Shown in pieces: positions 44,227-60,052 of a stretch of 64,000 bases of DNA. Position 1 is the stretch's first letter. Each line of letters begins with the position of its first letter. A program made the position numbers and the translations under genes. This DNA comes from Eledone cirrhosa (taxonomy: Eukaryota): the NCBI GenBank assembly GCA_964016885.1, contig OZ024765.1, positions 15,934,001-15,998,000 on the forward strand. Direction: 5' to 3'. The notes below the pieces were generated by a model, which was not told where the DNA came from, searched no databases, and was given only the letters and a program-made list of their open reading frames with translations.

Positions 44227-44392
44227 CAAAATTTGTTTCATAATATATGCTGTCATACCGAATAAACCAGACCTTATTGGTTCAGGTTCAGTTCCGAAAA
44301 ACTGTAGAGTACTTCGAATCTGTTATAATTATATGTTGAATAACCTACAAATAACAAAAGAAATCTACACAACAAAGCTAATCTTACCTAAA

Positions 44393-45610
44393 TATCTAAC
44401 TAATGTATTGGTACGCGATGGGCCCCACCCACAGCCCCGGCGGACAGAATGGAGAAGGCGTTTCTTCGGCTCCTCTTTACACTCCGCAGCGCTCCATGCT
44501 GCACCCAGACATCTCTCCTCGTTGACCTTGATACTTGGATCCGCGCAGCAGCCGAGGGGATATGCAACGTCAAGTTTGACGACATAGGGTGGCGACAGGC
44601 CACTTTACCGGTCAGGTATAGCGGCCTCGGCCTCCGGTCCCCGATCTCACTAGCTTTGCCGGAGTATCTTTCGTCGGTAACCTCGTGCCGCGTCCTCGTC
44701 AGCAGGGTTCATCAAAACACAACAGAACCCTCTGTGTTCAGAGAACGTGAGGCCGCCTGAGAGACGTAGGACCGGCTGGGACTTAGCGCAGTAGACATCC
44801 CTCCTCTTTCTCCCTCTGTTGACGTCAAGTCCCCCCAACGCACTTGGGACGCCATCAAGTGCAGTGACCTCAGACAGACTCACGCGCCAGCTTGACCAGC
44901 ACCGCCTTGCTTGTTTTCGTGCTGCCTCCAAACCCCACAGTGGTGCCTGGCTCCATGCCCCGCCCTCCTCCACTGGCACGCAGCTAGACAACCATAGCCT
45001 GCGAATCGGCGTTTCCCTAAGTCTCGGCCTCCGGATCTGCCAGCCACACCAATGTCGCTGCGGTTCCACCTGCTTTCCTGTCGCCTCAGTGCCGGCCGCA
45101 TTCCACGCCATGCTGCCCTCAACGAGTTCATTAAGCATAGCTTGGACGCTGCAGGCTTCCCTTCCCAGCTCGAGCAGGTGGGGTTGGATCGAGAGGACGG
45201 CAAAAGGCCAGATGACATGACCAACTTCCTGTTCCGTGGTGGCAAACCCCTCGTCTGGGATGCCACTTGCACCGACACTCTCTGCAGCCGCAACCTGGTG
45301 CAATCTGCGACTGACCCAGGTTCTTCTGCACGTCGAGGCCAGGGGGCCAAACTCCTCAAATACCGGTCGCTCTCCGACAGGTTTGCGGTCGTTCCCCTGG
45401 CAGTGGAGACTTCTGGTGTCCTCGGCCCCAGGGCTACCTCCTTACTCACCATCATAGGCGCTAAGCTGGCCAGCCGCAGGTGTGAGCCCCGCGAGTTGGA
45501 GTGGCTTTTCCAGCGCGTCTCCCTTGCCGTCCTCCGGAGAAACGCCTTCTCCATTCTGTCCGCCGGGGCTGTGGGTGGACCCTATCGCGTACTAATACAT
45601 TAGTTAGATA
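44393..45610 (+). mobile_element. 5'-truncated, frameshifted CRE-clade (restriction-like endonuclease) non-LTR retrotransposon with an inverted copy of its 3' end at the 5' junction
   Basis: Motifs WRQATLPVRYSGLGLR, SGAWLHA, CRCG..HLLSC zinc knuckle, RH, KRPD..VWDAT, K..KY, PLAVETSG and FQRVSLAV..RNA, with stops and frameshifts. 44393-44469 is the reverse complement of 45534-45610. Confidence 0.85.
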
Positions 45611-45649
45611 CCTACAAATTAAATATCTCTTTGCTTATATATATATATT

Positions 45650-45880
45650 AGAAAAGGGAAGTAAGGTTCCATACAAAACAGTGGATATAGAGAAAAGGTA
45701 GAGCACGGAAAATATATTTAAGGGTCTGCTTTTCTTTTTTTATCCTTTTTTTGATTCGTCAAAGTGACCTTATTGAACTTATCTATTCAATAATGTCACT
45801 TTGTTGAATCAAATAAAGGATAAAAAGAAAAACAGACCCGTAAATATATTTTCCGTGCTATTTCCAACTTTCCCTTTTCT
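45650..45880. mobile_element. Fold-back element with ~75 bp arms (45702-45778 / 45787-45859)
   Basis: AGCACGGAAAATATATTTA..GGGTCTG pairs with CAGACCC..TAAATATATTTTCCGTGCT; outer AGAAAAGGGAA/TTCCCTTTTCT. Confidence 0.7.
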
Positions 45881-45915
45881 CTCTCTCTCTGTCTCTCTCG
45901 CTATATATAATATAT

Positions 45916-46019
45916 GAAGGAGTCGGGACCCCAACAGCTGAGCTCTTGCCGTTTCAACAGTTAGTTCTTACCAAGCTGTTGGAACTGCAGGAGCTCAGCC
46001 ATCGGCTCGCGACTTCTTT
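45916..46019. mobile_element. Decayed family A fold-back
   Basis: GGACCCCAACAGCTGAGCTC..CCGTTTC with mirror GAGCTCAGCC. Confidence 0.6.
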
Positions 46020-46075
46020 ATATATTATATATATAGTTTTAATATTATATATATAGTTTTAATATTATATATATA

Positions 46076-46290
46076 GTTTTAATATAGATGAGATTCTACA
46101 GGACAAGAACTGTTTCATTCTTTAGAAATCATCAGGAATTTTGTTTATATAAATCCAGATTCCTGATGATTTCTAAAGAATGAAACAGTTCTAGTCCTGT
46201 AGAATCTCATCTATATTAAAACGTTTATACTCTGCTATATATTGAGTACCTTTCTTACTGGGGTTACCTCCGATTCAACCCGGAATAACT

Positions 46291-46297
<7 letters not shown>
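46076..46297 (+). mobile_element. Family D fold-back with two divergent canonical hammerheads (46091-46139 -, 46157-46207 +) plus right tail
   Basis: AGATTC-CTGATGA-TTTC TAAA GAAT-GAAACAG-TTCTAGTC-CTGTA-GAATCT and its inverted copy, separated by a ~20 nt spacer. Confidence 0.85.
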
Positions 46298-46330
<33 letters not shown>

Positions 46331-46624
46331 GTGTGTGTGTGTGTGTGTGTTGATGTGTGTTCAATTTATTCTGCGTGTGAGTTTGGGTACGTGCGATTCC
46401 CAAATGAGGGCTGATCGATAAAATCAATCAACATAAGTTGGTCTGTAATTGTATTATATAAATCTAGAAATGAAAATAATTAGAAAATTGAATTGTTATC
46501 AGTGTCCCTTACCTCCCCCTCCCTCCCCTCTTCCTCCTCCCCTCCTTTCTCTTCTTGTCCTTCTCCTCCCACAGTCAAAGATACAGGCACACATACCTAA
46601 ATGTAAATCTATTTATTTATCACT

Positions 46625-49532
<2,908 letters not shown>

Positions 49533-49634
49533 GTGTGTGTGGGTGTAGCTACACTATAGATTTTCGATAATGAGCGAAACCTTTCTATAGGCATGACGTC
49601 ATGTATAGTTTTATATTAATGGAAAAGTGACTGA

Positions 49635-49674
<40 letters not shown>

Positions 49675-49702
49675 AGACACACACACACACATACATAATC
49701 TT

Positions 49703-50023
49703 ATAATTGTTTCTACTTTAGGCACAAGGCCAGCAATTAACCCCAGTACATTACTGGTACTTTATGTTATCGATCCCGTAAGGATGAAAGGCAAAGTTAA
49801 CCTCGGCGGGATTTGAACTCAGACTGTAAAGGGACGTAACTATGCTGGAATGCATGGCGTCCGACCCTCTACCGATACTTCTTATAATTGTTTCTACTTT
49901 AGGCGCAAGGCCAGCAAGTACCTCAGTGAATTACTGGTACTTTATGTTATCTAACCCCGTAAGGATGGAAAGCAAAGTCAACCTCGGCGGGATTTGATCT
50001 CAGACTGTAAAGGGATGTAACTA
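49703..50023 (-). mobile_element. Two tandem tRNA-derived SINE copies (second truncated)
   Basis: Both match the 2851 family and are each preceded by TCTTATAATTG. Confidence 0.85.
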
Positions 50024-50156
50024 CATACAGTAGTTGCGGTGGATTGTAAGGATTGTTAGAAGGTCGGATAGAGGGTTTTGGGGTTGTCGTTCCTGCTATT
50101 TCCTCTGTCTTCAAATCTCGCCGTCGTTACACGGTCGCCCTCCTCACGTCTGCTAA

Positions 50157-50715
50157 GCCACCACTACTACCACCATCATATTACCACCACCACTATCACC
50201 ATCATATTACCATCACTACCACCACCATCGCCATGATATTACCACCACTACCACCACCACCACCATCATATTACCATCACTACCACCACCATCACCATCA
50301 TATTACCACCACTACCACCACCATCATATTACCACCAATACCACCACCATCACCATCATATTACCATCACTACCACCACCATCACCATCATATCACCACC
50401 ATCATATTACCACCACTACCACCACCATTATATTACCACCACTACCACCACCATCATATTACCACCACTACCACCACCATTATATTACCACCACTACCAC
50501 CACCATCATATTACCACCACTACCACCACCATCACCATCATGTTACCATCGTTTCATCATCAACATCATATTACCAACACTACCATTACCATCACGTCAT
50601 CATCACTATCTCCACCATCATATTACTACCATTCCCATCACCCTCACACCCCCATCACTACCATCACCATCACTACCATCACTACCACCACCATCACATG
50701 GTCATCACGACCATC
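50157..50715. repeat. (ACC)n-based low-complexity repeat with CATCATATT core
   Basis: CCACCATCATATTACCACC recurs. Confidence 0.88.
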
Positions 50716-50759
50716 ACCCTTTCACCCTTTACACTGCTATATTGTGGGAGGTATTTAGC

Positions 50760-51660
50760 TCAAAAGACCACCAAATGGAATACCCATTCCGATATGCTGG
50801 CCCTTGTTGGGAAGTAATTCGCTTAAAACCAGAAGATGGAATACCCCTGTCCCATAGGCTGGCCCTTGCTGGGAAGTAATTGGCTTAAAACCAGAAATTT
50901 GAATACCCGCTCTCTGGTAGGTTCTCACTTCTTGGAAAGTAATTAACTTAAAAGACCAGTAGATGGAATACCCCTGTCCCATAGGCTGGCCCTTGCTGGG
51001 AAGTAATTGGCTTAAAACCAGAAATTTGAATACCCGCTCTCTGGTAGGTTCTCACTTCTTGGAAAGTAATTAACTTAAAAGACCAGTAGATGGAATACCA
51101 TGTCCCATAGGCTGGCCCTTGCTGGAAAGTAATTGGCTTAAAACCAGAAAATTGAATACCCGCTCTCTGGTAGGTTCTCACTTCTTGGAAAGTAATTAAC
51201 TTAAAAGACCAGTAGATGGAATACCCTGTCCCATAGGCTGGCCCTTGCTGGAAAGTAATTGGCTTAAAACCAGAAAATTGAATACCCGCTCTCTGGTAGG
51301 TTCTCACTTCTTGGAAAGTAATTAACTTAAAAGATCAGTAGATGGAATACCCCTGTCCCATAGGCTGGCCCTTGCTGGGAAGTAATTGGCTTAAAACCAG
51401 AAAATTGAATACCCGCTCTCTGGTAGGTTCTCACTTCTTGGAAAGTAATTAACTTAAAAGACCAGTAGATGTTATACCTCCTTCCCAGAAGGCTGGCCCT
51501 TCTTGGGAAGTCATTGGCCAAAAAAAAGAGCAGATGGAATACCCCCTTTCATATAAAGCCGGCCTACCTTGGGATTAATTGATATAAAAGGGGATGCAAA
51601 TCCTATATACCTCTCCAGGCTGGCCCTTTGTGGGTAGTAGTTATCCTAAGCGACTAGACA
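50760..51660. repeat. Minisatellite, 127 bp unit made of two related ~63 bp subunits
   Basis: GATGGAATACC at 50835, 50962 and 51089; both halves contain GAATACCC..TAGG..AAGTAATT..CTTAAAA. Confidence 0.92.
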
Positions 51661-51661
51661 A

Positions 51662-51844
51662 ATAATCGTTTCTTCTTTTTGCACAAGGACAGCAAATATC
51701 TCAGTGTATTACTGGTACTGTATTTTATCGACCCGATAAGGATGAAACGCAAAGTTAACCTCGGCGGGATTTGAAATCAGGCCGCAAAGAACTGTAACTA
51801 GATGCTGCAGAACATGGCGTCCAACTTTCTACCGATACTGCCAA
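51662..51844 (-). mobile_element. tRNA-derived SINE (2851 family, diverged) with probable TSD CGACTAGACAAATAAT
   Basis: Family match; CGACTAGACAAATAAT occurs at 51651 and 51854. Confidence 0.82.
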
Positions 51845-52939
51845 TCCACTGCCCGACTAGACAAATAATATACCCATGCCACAGCCCATGGATACGATAC
51901 CAATCATGCCACACCCTCGGGTCTCGTGAGGAAGTATGTGGGCTGAAAGGACAAAAAATAGTATACAACTACTCCAGAAGGTTAGATTCTCGTGGGAAGT
52001 AATTGGCCTACAAAATCGATCATTGACATTCTCAAGTAACCAATTGAAAAATGTTCCTGGAGTATTTATATTACCTGTTCCGCTGTATGTAATTTTAATA
52101 ATGAAAAGATACAAATATGATGTTACTTTAAAGCGGAAATGATGTAAACATACACTCAATGACTCACACACACATAGACACACTTACACTCACTGACACT
52201 CACATATAGTACACTCAAATTCACTCATACTTACAAACACACCCATATATATGTATATATATATATGGTGTATATAAAGGTGTTTATAAAGGAATAAAGG
52301 ATATGTTTAGGTAGTGTATAAATATGTTTCGCCTTCAGGGGTTTAAACTGTGGTCATGTCCTTAGCCTGCAATCGCTTGAGCAAGCAGTAAATCAGGCCT
52401 GTTTCTGTTGTAATGAGAGTAAGATAGAATATATCACAACCTTCCCCGAACAATCTGATTTGAAATCCCTCAATAATACTTCCCCCAAAAGGGTCGAGAA
52501 CTTTAAATACTTTGGCTCTCATGTCACGAATCCATTCATACCATATATGTGATTTGTCGTTGCGTTTAATTGTTCTAATCACCCCACATAACGACGTGTT
52601 ATCTTCGCTTTTTTCCGTTCATTGCCAGGGAACGTCTTTACGAACCTAAGTTTCGTCTTCCTGTTTTCCTTCGGTTGAAACGTTTTTCGAAATATTTACT
52701 CCCAAAAAGATTTCAACATCTGTAAATTTCTGGCACAGGATGCGGGCAACAGGCTTCACAAGACTCGGCTCTCAAATTGATCATCCCGCTTAAAAATCCA
52801 AATTTTTCGATCATAGATTGAACCAGTTTGTGTGTATGCGACAGCTCACACCTATGCGATTGTAGTTTAGCTGGCCTCCACCAAGGTATATCTCGTTGGA
52901 AGGTATCTCGGGTGATTTAATGATAGGGACCCCAGCCCT

Positions 52940-53082
52940 ATCAACTCATTTCTACATCTGAGTAAACTGAGAAACGTGAAATAAAATGCTCAAGGAAACA
53001 ACACATCACCCGGTACGAGAATTGAACTCACAACATTTCTATTGCAAGCCAAATGCTCTAACCACTAAGCCATGCGCCTTCA
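52940..53082 (-). mobile_element. 5' (tRNA-like) part of an OK-like SINE
   Basis: Minus strand TGAAGGCGCATGGCTTAGTGGTTAGAGC..GAGTTCAATTC gives A and B boxes; overlaps the 20345 family. Confidence 0.75.
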
Positions 53083-53084
53083 CC

Positions 53085-53335
53085 AGTACTTGAACCAGTA
53101 CTACTATATGGATCAGAAACATGGACATTATCTGTTCGTCTTGAAAGACGGCTGGATGGAGCATATACAAATCTGCTCAGAAGAATCAAAAAGATAAGCT
53201 GGGGGATGTCAGACATCCTTTACAACCATATACGGAGATATGATTGCAACATCCCTCAGACTCAAGCAAAATAGACTACAGTTTGCTGGTCACTGTCATG
53301 GAGCCGACAAAGAAATAATTTCACCTCTCCCTCTG
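53085..53335 (+). mobile_element. RTE-clade LINE fragment (post-RT region)
   Basis: Translates to VLEPVLLYGSETWTLSVRLERRLDGAYTNLLRRIKKISW, then RLQFAGHCH. Confidence 0.85.
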
Positions 53336-53339
53336 TGTG

Positions 53340-53473
53340 ACTATTTACCGTCGAAACGGCTTGAGCTCTGCCGTCGGGGTCCTACTCGTTCCTATTACCC
53401 ACTCTACTACCCTAAGCATTGAGTACTTTGGCGCGTTATGGTCTACCTGGTTCCTTACCATATTTCCTTCGTT
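53340..53473 (+). mobile_element. Family A element (tailed arm only)
   Basis: CCGTCGAAACGGCTTGAGCTCTGCCGTCGGGGTC plus tail, ending in (TA)n. Confidence 0.8.
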
Positions 53474-53495
53474 ATATATATATATATATATATAT

Positions 53496-53633
<138 letters not shown>

Positions 53634-53736
53634 ATATATATTTATATATATATATAAAGGTATATATATATTTATATATATATAAATATATATATAAAGG
53701 AATACATATATTTATATATATATATATATATAAAGG

Positions 53737-53770
<34 letters not shown>

Positions 53771-53850
53771 TGTGTATATATATATATATATTCATGTGCA
53801 TATATATATAAATATATACATGTGTATATACATATATATATATACATGTG

Positions 53851-53890
<40 letters not shown>

Positions 53891-53943
53891 TATACATGTA
53901 TATATATATATATATATACATGTGTATATATATATATATATAC

Positions 53944-54022
<79 letters not shown>

Positions 54023-54388
54023 CATGTGTGTGTGTTTGTGTCTCTGTGAGTATTTTAACGTGAGATTCGTCCGTTTAAATGGTGAAAATTGATTATATTT
54101 CTCTGTAAGTTAAGTTAAAGAGGTAGAGTCTATTAGTTGAAATGGCTTAGAATTAAAGCTCTCACCGTTTCAAAACAACTTCCTTCCGACTACATTTACA
54201 TTTCCTTATTTTCCTCACCACTTTATACACATTTTATAGACACTTACTGGCTTCATCGTGTATAAACGTGTAGATACGTGAATGTAGGTGTATATACGTC
54301 CATATAGGTGGTGTACATGTATATACATGTATTTATATGTATGTGTGTGTGTGGATTGCGAATTTGTGTATGTGTACATCTATGTATG

Positions 54389-54423
<35 letters not shown>

Positions 54424-54477
54424 GTGTATGTGTATGTATATATATATTCATGTGTGTATATATATGTACATATATAC

Positions 54478-54505
<28 letters not shown>

Positions 54506-54508
<3 letters not shown>

Positions 54509-54688
54509 GGAACGAGTAGGGCCCCGACGGCTGAGCTCAAGCCGTTTTGACGGCTAATTCTGGACCGTCGAAACGGCTTGACCTCAGCTGTCGGGGTCCT
54601 ACTCGTTCCTATTACCCACTCTAATACCCTAAGTATTGCGTACTTTGGTGCGTTATGGTCCACCTGGTTCCTTACCACATTTCCTTCG

Positions 54689-54690
<2 letters not shown>
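54506..54690 (+). mobile_element. Family A fold-back plus tail
   Basis: ATAGGAACGAGTAGG..CCCCGAC pairs with GTCGGGGTCCTACTCGTTCCTAT; TA flanks. Confidence 0.8.
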
Positions 54691-54726
<36 letters not shown>

Positions 54727-54937
54727 TTATGTGTGTATATATATAAATATATACACGTGTATATATGTGTACACAGTTGTATATATTTGATTACATTTCA
54801 ACAATTATTTATTCAATACGATGTGTTAAAGTTCAATCCTTCACCATATATTATCGAACTATCGATAATATTTGTGTTATTTGGTTTACCACCGACTACC
54901 CATATAACTAGATTCACTGCTGATTATTTAAAATAAG

Positions 54938-55785
54938 GGCGGTGGATGGTAGTATCGTTAGAAAGTCTGACACCATGCTTTCCAGCGTAGTTACGTCCCT
55001 TTACTGTCTGATTTCAAATTTCGTCGAGTTCAGCTTTGCCTTTCATCCTTACGTGATCGTTCAATAAAGTCCCAGTAATTCACTGGTATAATTGCTGGCC
55101 CTGTGCCAAAGATAGAAACTATCATTTAAAATACGGGGTCAATGAAATAAATACCAGTAATTCATTGGGATAATTGCTGGCCTTGTGCCAAAGATAGAAA
55201 CTATCATTTAAAATACGGGGTCAATTAAATAAATACCAGTAATTCACTGAGATAATTGCTGGCCCTGTGCCAAAGATAGAAACTATCATTTAAAATACGG
55301 GGTCAATAAAATAAATACCAGTGATTCATTGGGATAATTGCTGACCTTGTGCCAAAGATAGAAACTATCATTTAAAATACGGGGTCAATTAAATAAATAC
55401 CAGTAATTTACTGGGATAATTGCTGGCCCTGTGCCAAAGATAGAAACTATCATTTAAAATACGGGGTCAATAAAATAAATACCAGTAATTCACTGCGAAA
55501 ATTGCTGCCCTTGTGCCAAAAGTAGAATCTATCACTTAAAATACGGGGTCGATAAAATAAAGTACCAGTAATACACTGGTATAATTGCTGGCCTTGTGCC
55601 AAGAGTAGAAATGATTATTTAACATGCGGGTTCGATAAAATAAAGTACCAGTAATTCACTGGGGTAATTGCTGGCGTTGTGCCAAGAGCAGAAATTATTA
55701 TTTAAAATGCGTGGTCGATAAAATAAAGTACCAGTAATTCAGTGATATAATTGCTGGCCTTGTGCCAATAGTAGAAACAGTTATC
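54938..55785 (+). repeat. SINE whose 3' 82 bp has amplified into a tandem array (~9 units)
   Basis: A full SINE head at 54938-55125 is followed by ACGGGGTCAATAAAATAAATACCAGTAATTCACTGG..TTGCTGGCCTTGTGCCAAAGATAGAAAC with period ~82. Confidence 0.88.
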
Positions 55786-55910
55786 TAACATATATTTAAC
55801 CGTACAGCTTCCCCCTTTATCTTTCTATTCGGTTATTATTTTATTATTTTTATATGGAGTGTTTTATAGTTATGTATCTCTAATTAACGAAAGATTTACA
55901 AGTATGGAAT

Positions 55911-55955
<45 letters not shown>

Positions 55956-55959
55956 TGCC

Positions 55960-56025
55960 TCGTCCGACGAACGAATGAAGACGTTTCTTTCGTATTCGTC
56001 TTATTCGGGAAACCTCTGGTAATGA
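55960..56025 (+). ncRNA. Type I hammerhead, CCGACGA core variant
   Basis: TCGT-CCGACGA-A-CGAATGAAGACG..CGTCTTATTCG-G-GAAACC-TCT-GGTA-ATGA in a small island between (TA)n tracts. Confidence 0.6.
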
Positions 56026-56136
56026 AGTAATTATTTTATATTGTTTCTATACATTATATATATATATATATCTTTAATATAGAAATGACTCCTACAAGAA
56101 TAGAACTGTATCATCAGGAAAACAAATATATATATA

Positions 56137-56184
<48 letters not shown>

Positions 56185-56294
56185 ATAATATAGTAAATAA
56201 ATAATTTTCTATATTAAATATACGTATTTTACTTTCTATACATGTATTTATATTATATATTCATTATATATATATATGTAATATATATATATAT

Positions 56295-56337
<43 letters not shown>

Positions 56338-56393
56338 TATATATATATATCATATATATATATATCATATATATATATATCATATATATATAT

Positions 56394-56429
<36 letters not shown>

Positions 56430-56475
56430 ACATATATATATCATATATATATATATATTATATATATAGATCATA

Positions 56476-56661
56476 TAGTACCGGTAGAGGGTTGGTGGAG
56501 GTTTGGACACCATGCATTCTAGCAGAGTTACGTCCCTTTACATTCTGAGTTCAAATCCCGCCGAGGTTAACTTTGCCTTTCATCCTTACGTGGTCGATAA
56601 AATAAAGTACCAGTAATGTACTGGGCAATTGCTGGCCTTGTGCCTGAAGTAGAAACAATTA
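56476..56661 (+). mobile_element. tRNA-derived SINE (2851 family)
   Basis: Family match. Confidence 0.85.
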
Positions 56662-56699
56662 TATATTTATATATCATATATATACATATATATATATAT

Positions 56700-56730
<31 letters not shown>

Positions 56731-56894
56731 CATATATATATATATATATATCATATATATATATATATATATCATATATATATATATCATATATATATAT
56801 ATATATATCATATATATATATATCATATATATATATATCATATATATCATATATATATATATCATATATATATATATATATCATATATATATAT

Positions 56895-56939
<45 letters not shown>

Positions 56940-57942
56940 CATATATATTATATATATATATATATATATATTTAACATATATATCATATATATATATATC
57001 ATATATATATATATATATATATATCATACATATCATATATATATCATATACATATCATATATATATCATATACATATCATATATATATCATATACATATC
57101 ATATATATATCATATACATATCATATATATATCATATACATATCATATATATATCATATACATATCATATATATATCATATATATATCATATTTATATCA
57201 TATATATCATATATATACAGATATATATCATATATATATATACAGATATATATCATATATATATACACAGATATATATCATATATATATATATCTCATAT
57301 ATATCATATATATATATATATATCTCAAATATATCATATATATATATATCTGATATATATCATATATATATATATATATCAGATATATATCAGATATATA
57401 TCATATATATCATATATATATCTCATACATATCATATATATCATATATATATCTCATACATATCATATATATCATATATTTATCTCATACATATCATATA
57501 TCATATATATATATATATATATACATGTTATGATATTATATTTATCATATGACTTTATTCTTATCAGCAGTACCACAGAGAGAGAATGGAATGTCCTCTA
57601 ATTGACTCCCAGTATTATATTACATATATTTTTAGACGACAGTTGAAATAAACGCACTAACCTCTCGGTTTATTTTTGTTCATTTTCCCTTTGTTATTCA
57701 AAGATCGGGAAAATTTATTGCTTATTTCTTGCAACATTAAAGATACTGAAATGGTCGTTTTTTACCTCCTATTTCGGATAGCAGTGAAAAATGATGAACA
57801 TGTCATTGACATAGAATATATCTGGCCGGTTCTATTTTTTGTCGTAAATCAGAAATGTTTTTAAAATGACGAATGTGTCATTCAATATACATGCATGTAC
57901 ATAGACACAGACACACTCTCTCTCTCACACACACACACACAA

Positions 57943-57984
<42 letters not shown>

Positions 57985-58102
57985 TCACATATATATATAT
58001 ATGTGTGTACATATATATATATATATATACATATATCTATATCTATATATATCTATATTATATATATATATATATGTATGTGCATACATATATGTATATG
58101 TA

Positions 58103-58141
<39 letters not shown>

Positions 58142-58146
58142 ATACA

Positions 58147-58185
<39 letters not shown>

Positions 58186-58282
58186 ATATATATATATGTA
58201 TACATATATGTATATATATATGTGTATACATATATGTATATATATATGTGTGTGTATACATATATGTATATATATATATATA

Positions 58283-58313
<31 letters not shown>

Positions 58314-58724
58314 GTGTGTATATATATATATATATGTATACATATATGTATATATATATGTGTATACATATATGTATATATATATGTGTGTGTATACATA
58401 TATGTATATATATATGTGTGTGTATACATATATGTATATATATATATATGTGTATACATATATGTATATATATATATATGTATGTACATACATATATATA
58501 TACATATGTATGTACATACATATATATGTATATATGTATTTACATACATATATATATATGTATTTACATACATATATATATGTAGATGTATATACATATA
58601 TACATATATATATATATATATGTACATACATACATATATATGTATGTACATATATATATATATAATATATATATATGTGTGTATACATATATGTATATAT
58701 ATGTATGTTCATACATATATATAG

Positions 58725-58755
<31 letters not shown>

Positions 58756-58925
58756 CATATATGTATATACATACATATATATATATATATACATATATGT
58801 ATATACATACATATATATATATATATACATATATGTATATACATACATATATATATATATATACATATATGTATATTCATACATATATATATATATATAT
58901 ATGTAACATACATACATATATATAT
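56662..58925. repeat. (TA)n tracts with TATCA and TACA/TGTA higher-order units (unique island 57530-57900)
   Basis: For example, a 20 bp unit TATCATATACATATCATATA at 57020-57180. Confidence 0.92.
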
Positions 58926-59090
58926 GAGAGATAAATAGATAGATAGGGATAGAGAATTTGAAGTCTGAAAGCCGCGACATGTGAATTGGATGAAAAGCGA
59001 AGTTAGACGTTGTAACGTTTTAACTGATATTTTTGAGAACAAAATCTCTTCTTCAGAGCGAAATAAAATAGTCTAATCTATCATTCGGCG

Positions 59091-59124
<34 letters not shown>

Positions 59125-59127
<3 letters not shown>

Positions 59128-59555
59128 GCAGAAGTTATATTTAATTTGTTGGGATTCCAACAATCTTAAAAGTGTATAACTTATATAAAGCACTCAACAG
59201 TTTACTGGAGTAAATATTCAATATATTAATAAATGGAAACTATATTTATAAAACCATAATTATTTTATTATATATATTTCAAGGGCAACAAAGGCATCTT
59301 GGTGCGCTTTCATCAGATAAAATACAAGATTTGTTTTGTAGATATTGACATACCCGAGGAAAAACAACATAAACAGCCTATCCAGCGAACCTTTAACCGT
59401 ATAGGTTGTTTTTCCACGGTTATGTCAATATTTATAAAACAAATCTTGTATTTTATCTAATGAAAGCGCACCAAGTTTGCCTTATTTGCCCTTGAAATAT
59501 ATATAATAAAATAATTATGGTTTTATAAATATAGTTTCCATTTATTAATATATTG
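59125..59555 (-). mobile_element. Family E fold-back with left tail; intact hammerhead 59261-59324 (-), mutated mirror (CTAATGA at 59457)
   Basis: Arms ~59224-59368 / 59406-59551. Minus strand reads TATTTTAT-CTGATGA-AAG..CCTT-GAAATATATATA-ATAAAATA. The tail is homologous to 44010-44100. Confidence 0.8.
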
Positions 59556-59694
59556 TATATATATATATATAGATATATATATTAATTTCTCATGCCATTG
59601 GATGCTTTCTCGATGGACTCTAACTATTCGATTGATAACTGCTATATACCAGCTGTAACCTCGATTTATACGCATTTTATATATATATATATAT

Positions 59695-59860
59695 AGTAAT
59701 AATGAAAGTGAAGACTAAAATCCGAAAAGGGTTCGATAAGTATTATATATATACAAAATATATAAAACCGTACAGCAAATATTTATTGTAGGAACAGATT
59801 AAAGTTTAAGCCAGGAATCACTGCTTTCCCTCTTAGAAGATCCCTTTAAGGGATCTTCAA
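59695..59860 (-). mobile_element. Family B element, diverged
   Basis: Tail GAAGACTAAAATCC plus GAAGATCCC TTTAA GGGATCTTC hairpin. Confidence 0.65.
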
Positions 59861-59861
59861 T

Positions 59862-60052
59862 CCCTTTTGGATGGCCGTTGATTGACTTTCCTTAGTCCTC
59901 CCCCCTTAAACGGGTCTTTTCTATTTATACTGCAGTGTGTCCGAAATCACCCTCCTCGCGAAGTAAGCTTGGTGTGGTTGCCGGTTTAGTCGCCAACGAC
60001 TCGACCATGCACAGGTTTTACTCGGTTACAATAGCGCTGAAGAGTGCCCTGA
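59862..60052 (-). mobile_element. Diverged 5' part of an RTE-type bipartite element
   Basis: Minus strand AACCTGTGCATGGTCGAGTCGTTGGCGACTAAACCGGCAACC..GAGGAGGGTGA. Confidence 0.7.

Noticed and set aside
52990-53082. tRNA gene
   Set aside because: The A and B boxes are attached to a SINE body and there is no intact cloverleaf.
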